From NCBI GenBank assembly GCA_035084275.1, contig CM068742.1:128340001-128404000 (forward strand): a stretch of DNA of 64,000 bases. Reading direction: 5' to 3'. This DNA comes from Hydrolagus colliei. Taxonomy: Eukaryota. A program made the position numbers and the translations under genes. Shown here piece after piece: positions 62,926 to 64,000 of the stretch. The notes under the pieces are model-generated. The model made no database searches. It was given only the letters and a program-made list of their open reading frames with translations, and was not told the DNA's origin. The stretch's first letter is position 1. Each line of letters begins with the position of its first letter.

Positions 62926-64000
62926 TATTATATAGCAGTTCCTGAACTAAACTAGTTGATAAAGTTGAATTTCTTACACAAAGTAATGCTTTTAGATGTG
63001 GCTGGATTAGGTGAAACTTGTTATTTTGCGGCAAACTGAATTTTTTTCAAACAGTTATTCGAAAATGAATCTCTTCTCCATTTCTGTCTTATGTACGTAG
63101 TGCATTTAGAGTGGCTTCCAGTTTTATTACTATTTACCTCATATCTGGGTTTAATTATTCTTCAGGGTAATTTGGTTCATTGGCAATGCTAATTAAGTTT
63201 CACAGGAGGCAATTTGAGTTGGAGACTCATGCACTTGGGACTGGATGCCATTATTATCAACATCTGTTTCATTACTTCCTGCTCATTTTGATTTTTTTTG
63301 CCTTTACAATGGATCAACATTAGGTTTTTTTTAATAATCTGATAATACCACCTTGTCTGCTCGAAGGTAAATAGTTTGTTGTCAGCTCACACTGGTCACT
63401 GCAAACACATGTTTGCAATTGTCTCTGGGTTAAGAAAGCTTCCCTTTGAGCTGTTCAGAAACTTGAAGTTTTAGGAGTTTGAGAGTTTTTTTTACCAGTA
63501 TCCTGGCCAACGATCCCCCAAATAATAGCGTTCATTCATTTCATGGCAGTTTGTGAAACATTACTATGTACAATTTGTTAGCCAATACAGCAGTGAATGC
63601 AGTATTTGCCTGCAAAATAAACAGTCACTACATTTTGCAGTAAAATGCTGTGGACCATTTTGAGATATCCTTGTTGTGTGACTCCTGTTGGTAGATCTAT
63701 TAATCCTTAATGCACTGCCCATTCATCATTAATATCTCTGCTGTATAATCAATCAACAATGTAGTACAAAATCTACAATTGTATACATTGGTTTATGCTC
63801 ACAATTGAGAAGTCAAATTTTCTCACAAAACACACAGCCACTTCACATCACTGTTGAGTGCTTTGAGACCTCCTCCTGACTCGAAAGGATGTCTACCAAA
63901 TGTAAGGATTATATTTATTGTTTTTTATATGTGATTTGTTTTGCTCTGAACGTCTCCCGAGTCTGTTTACTTCCATGGACACGGAGTTTGCCATTTGCGT

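Overview
Vertebrate genomic DNA from a cartilaginous fish, most likely a chimaera (Callorhinchus/Hydrolagus type); this is inferred from the repeat families alone. The window looks like intron or gene desert. No recognisable host protein-coding gene is present, and every ORF with a recognisable product is a retrotransposon remnant. It is densely packed with L2-clade LINE fragments carrying (GTT)n tails, CR1-clade LINE fragments, a young tRNA-headed SINE in a long and a short form (head + CORE-like segment + partial Deu segment + L2-type tail), and older SacSINE1/DeuSINE-like copies. It also holds an LF-SINE-like relic, a Tc2/pogo-type MITE with TA target duplication, and three Penelope-like element (PLE) remnants. 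Two of those are TSD-flanked fold-back hairpins, and one carries an intact-looking minimal hammerhead ribozyme. Unique sequence contains a few isolated candidate exons and enhancer-like motif clusters. Repeat boundaries were read by eye and are approximate (about +/-20 bp) unless TSDs or TIRs are quoted.
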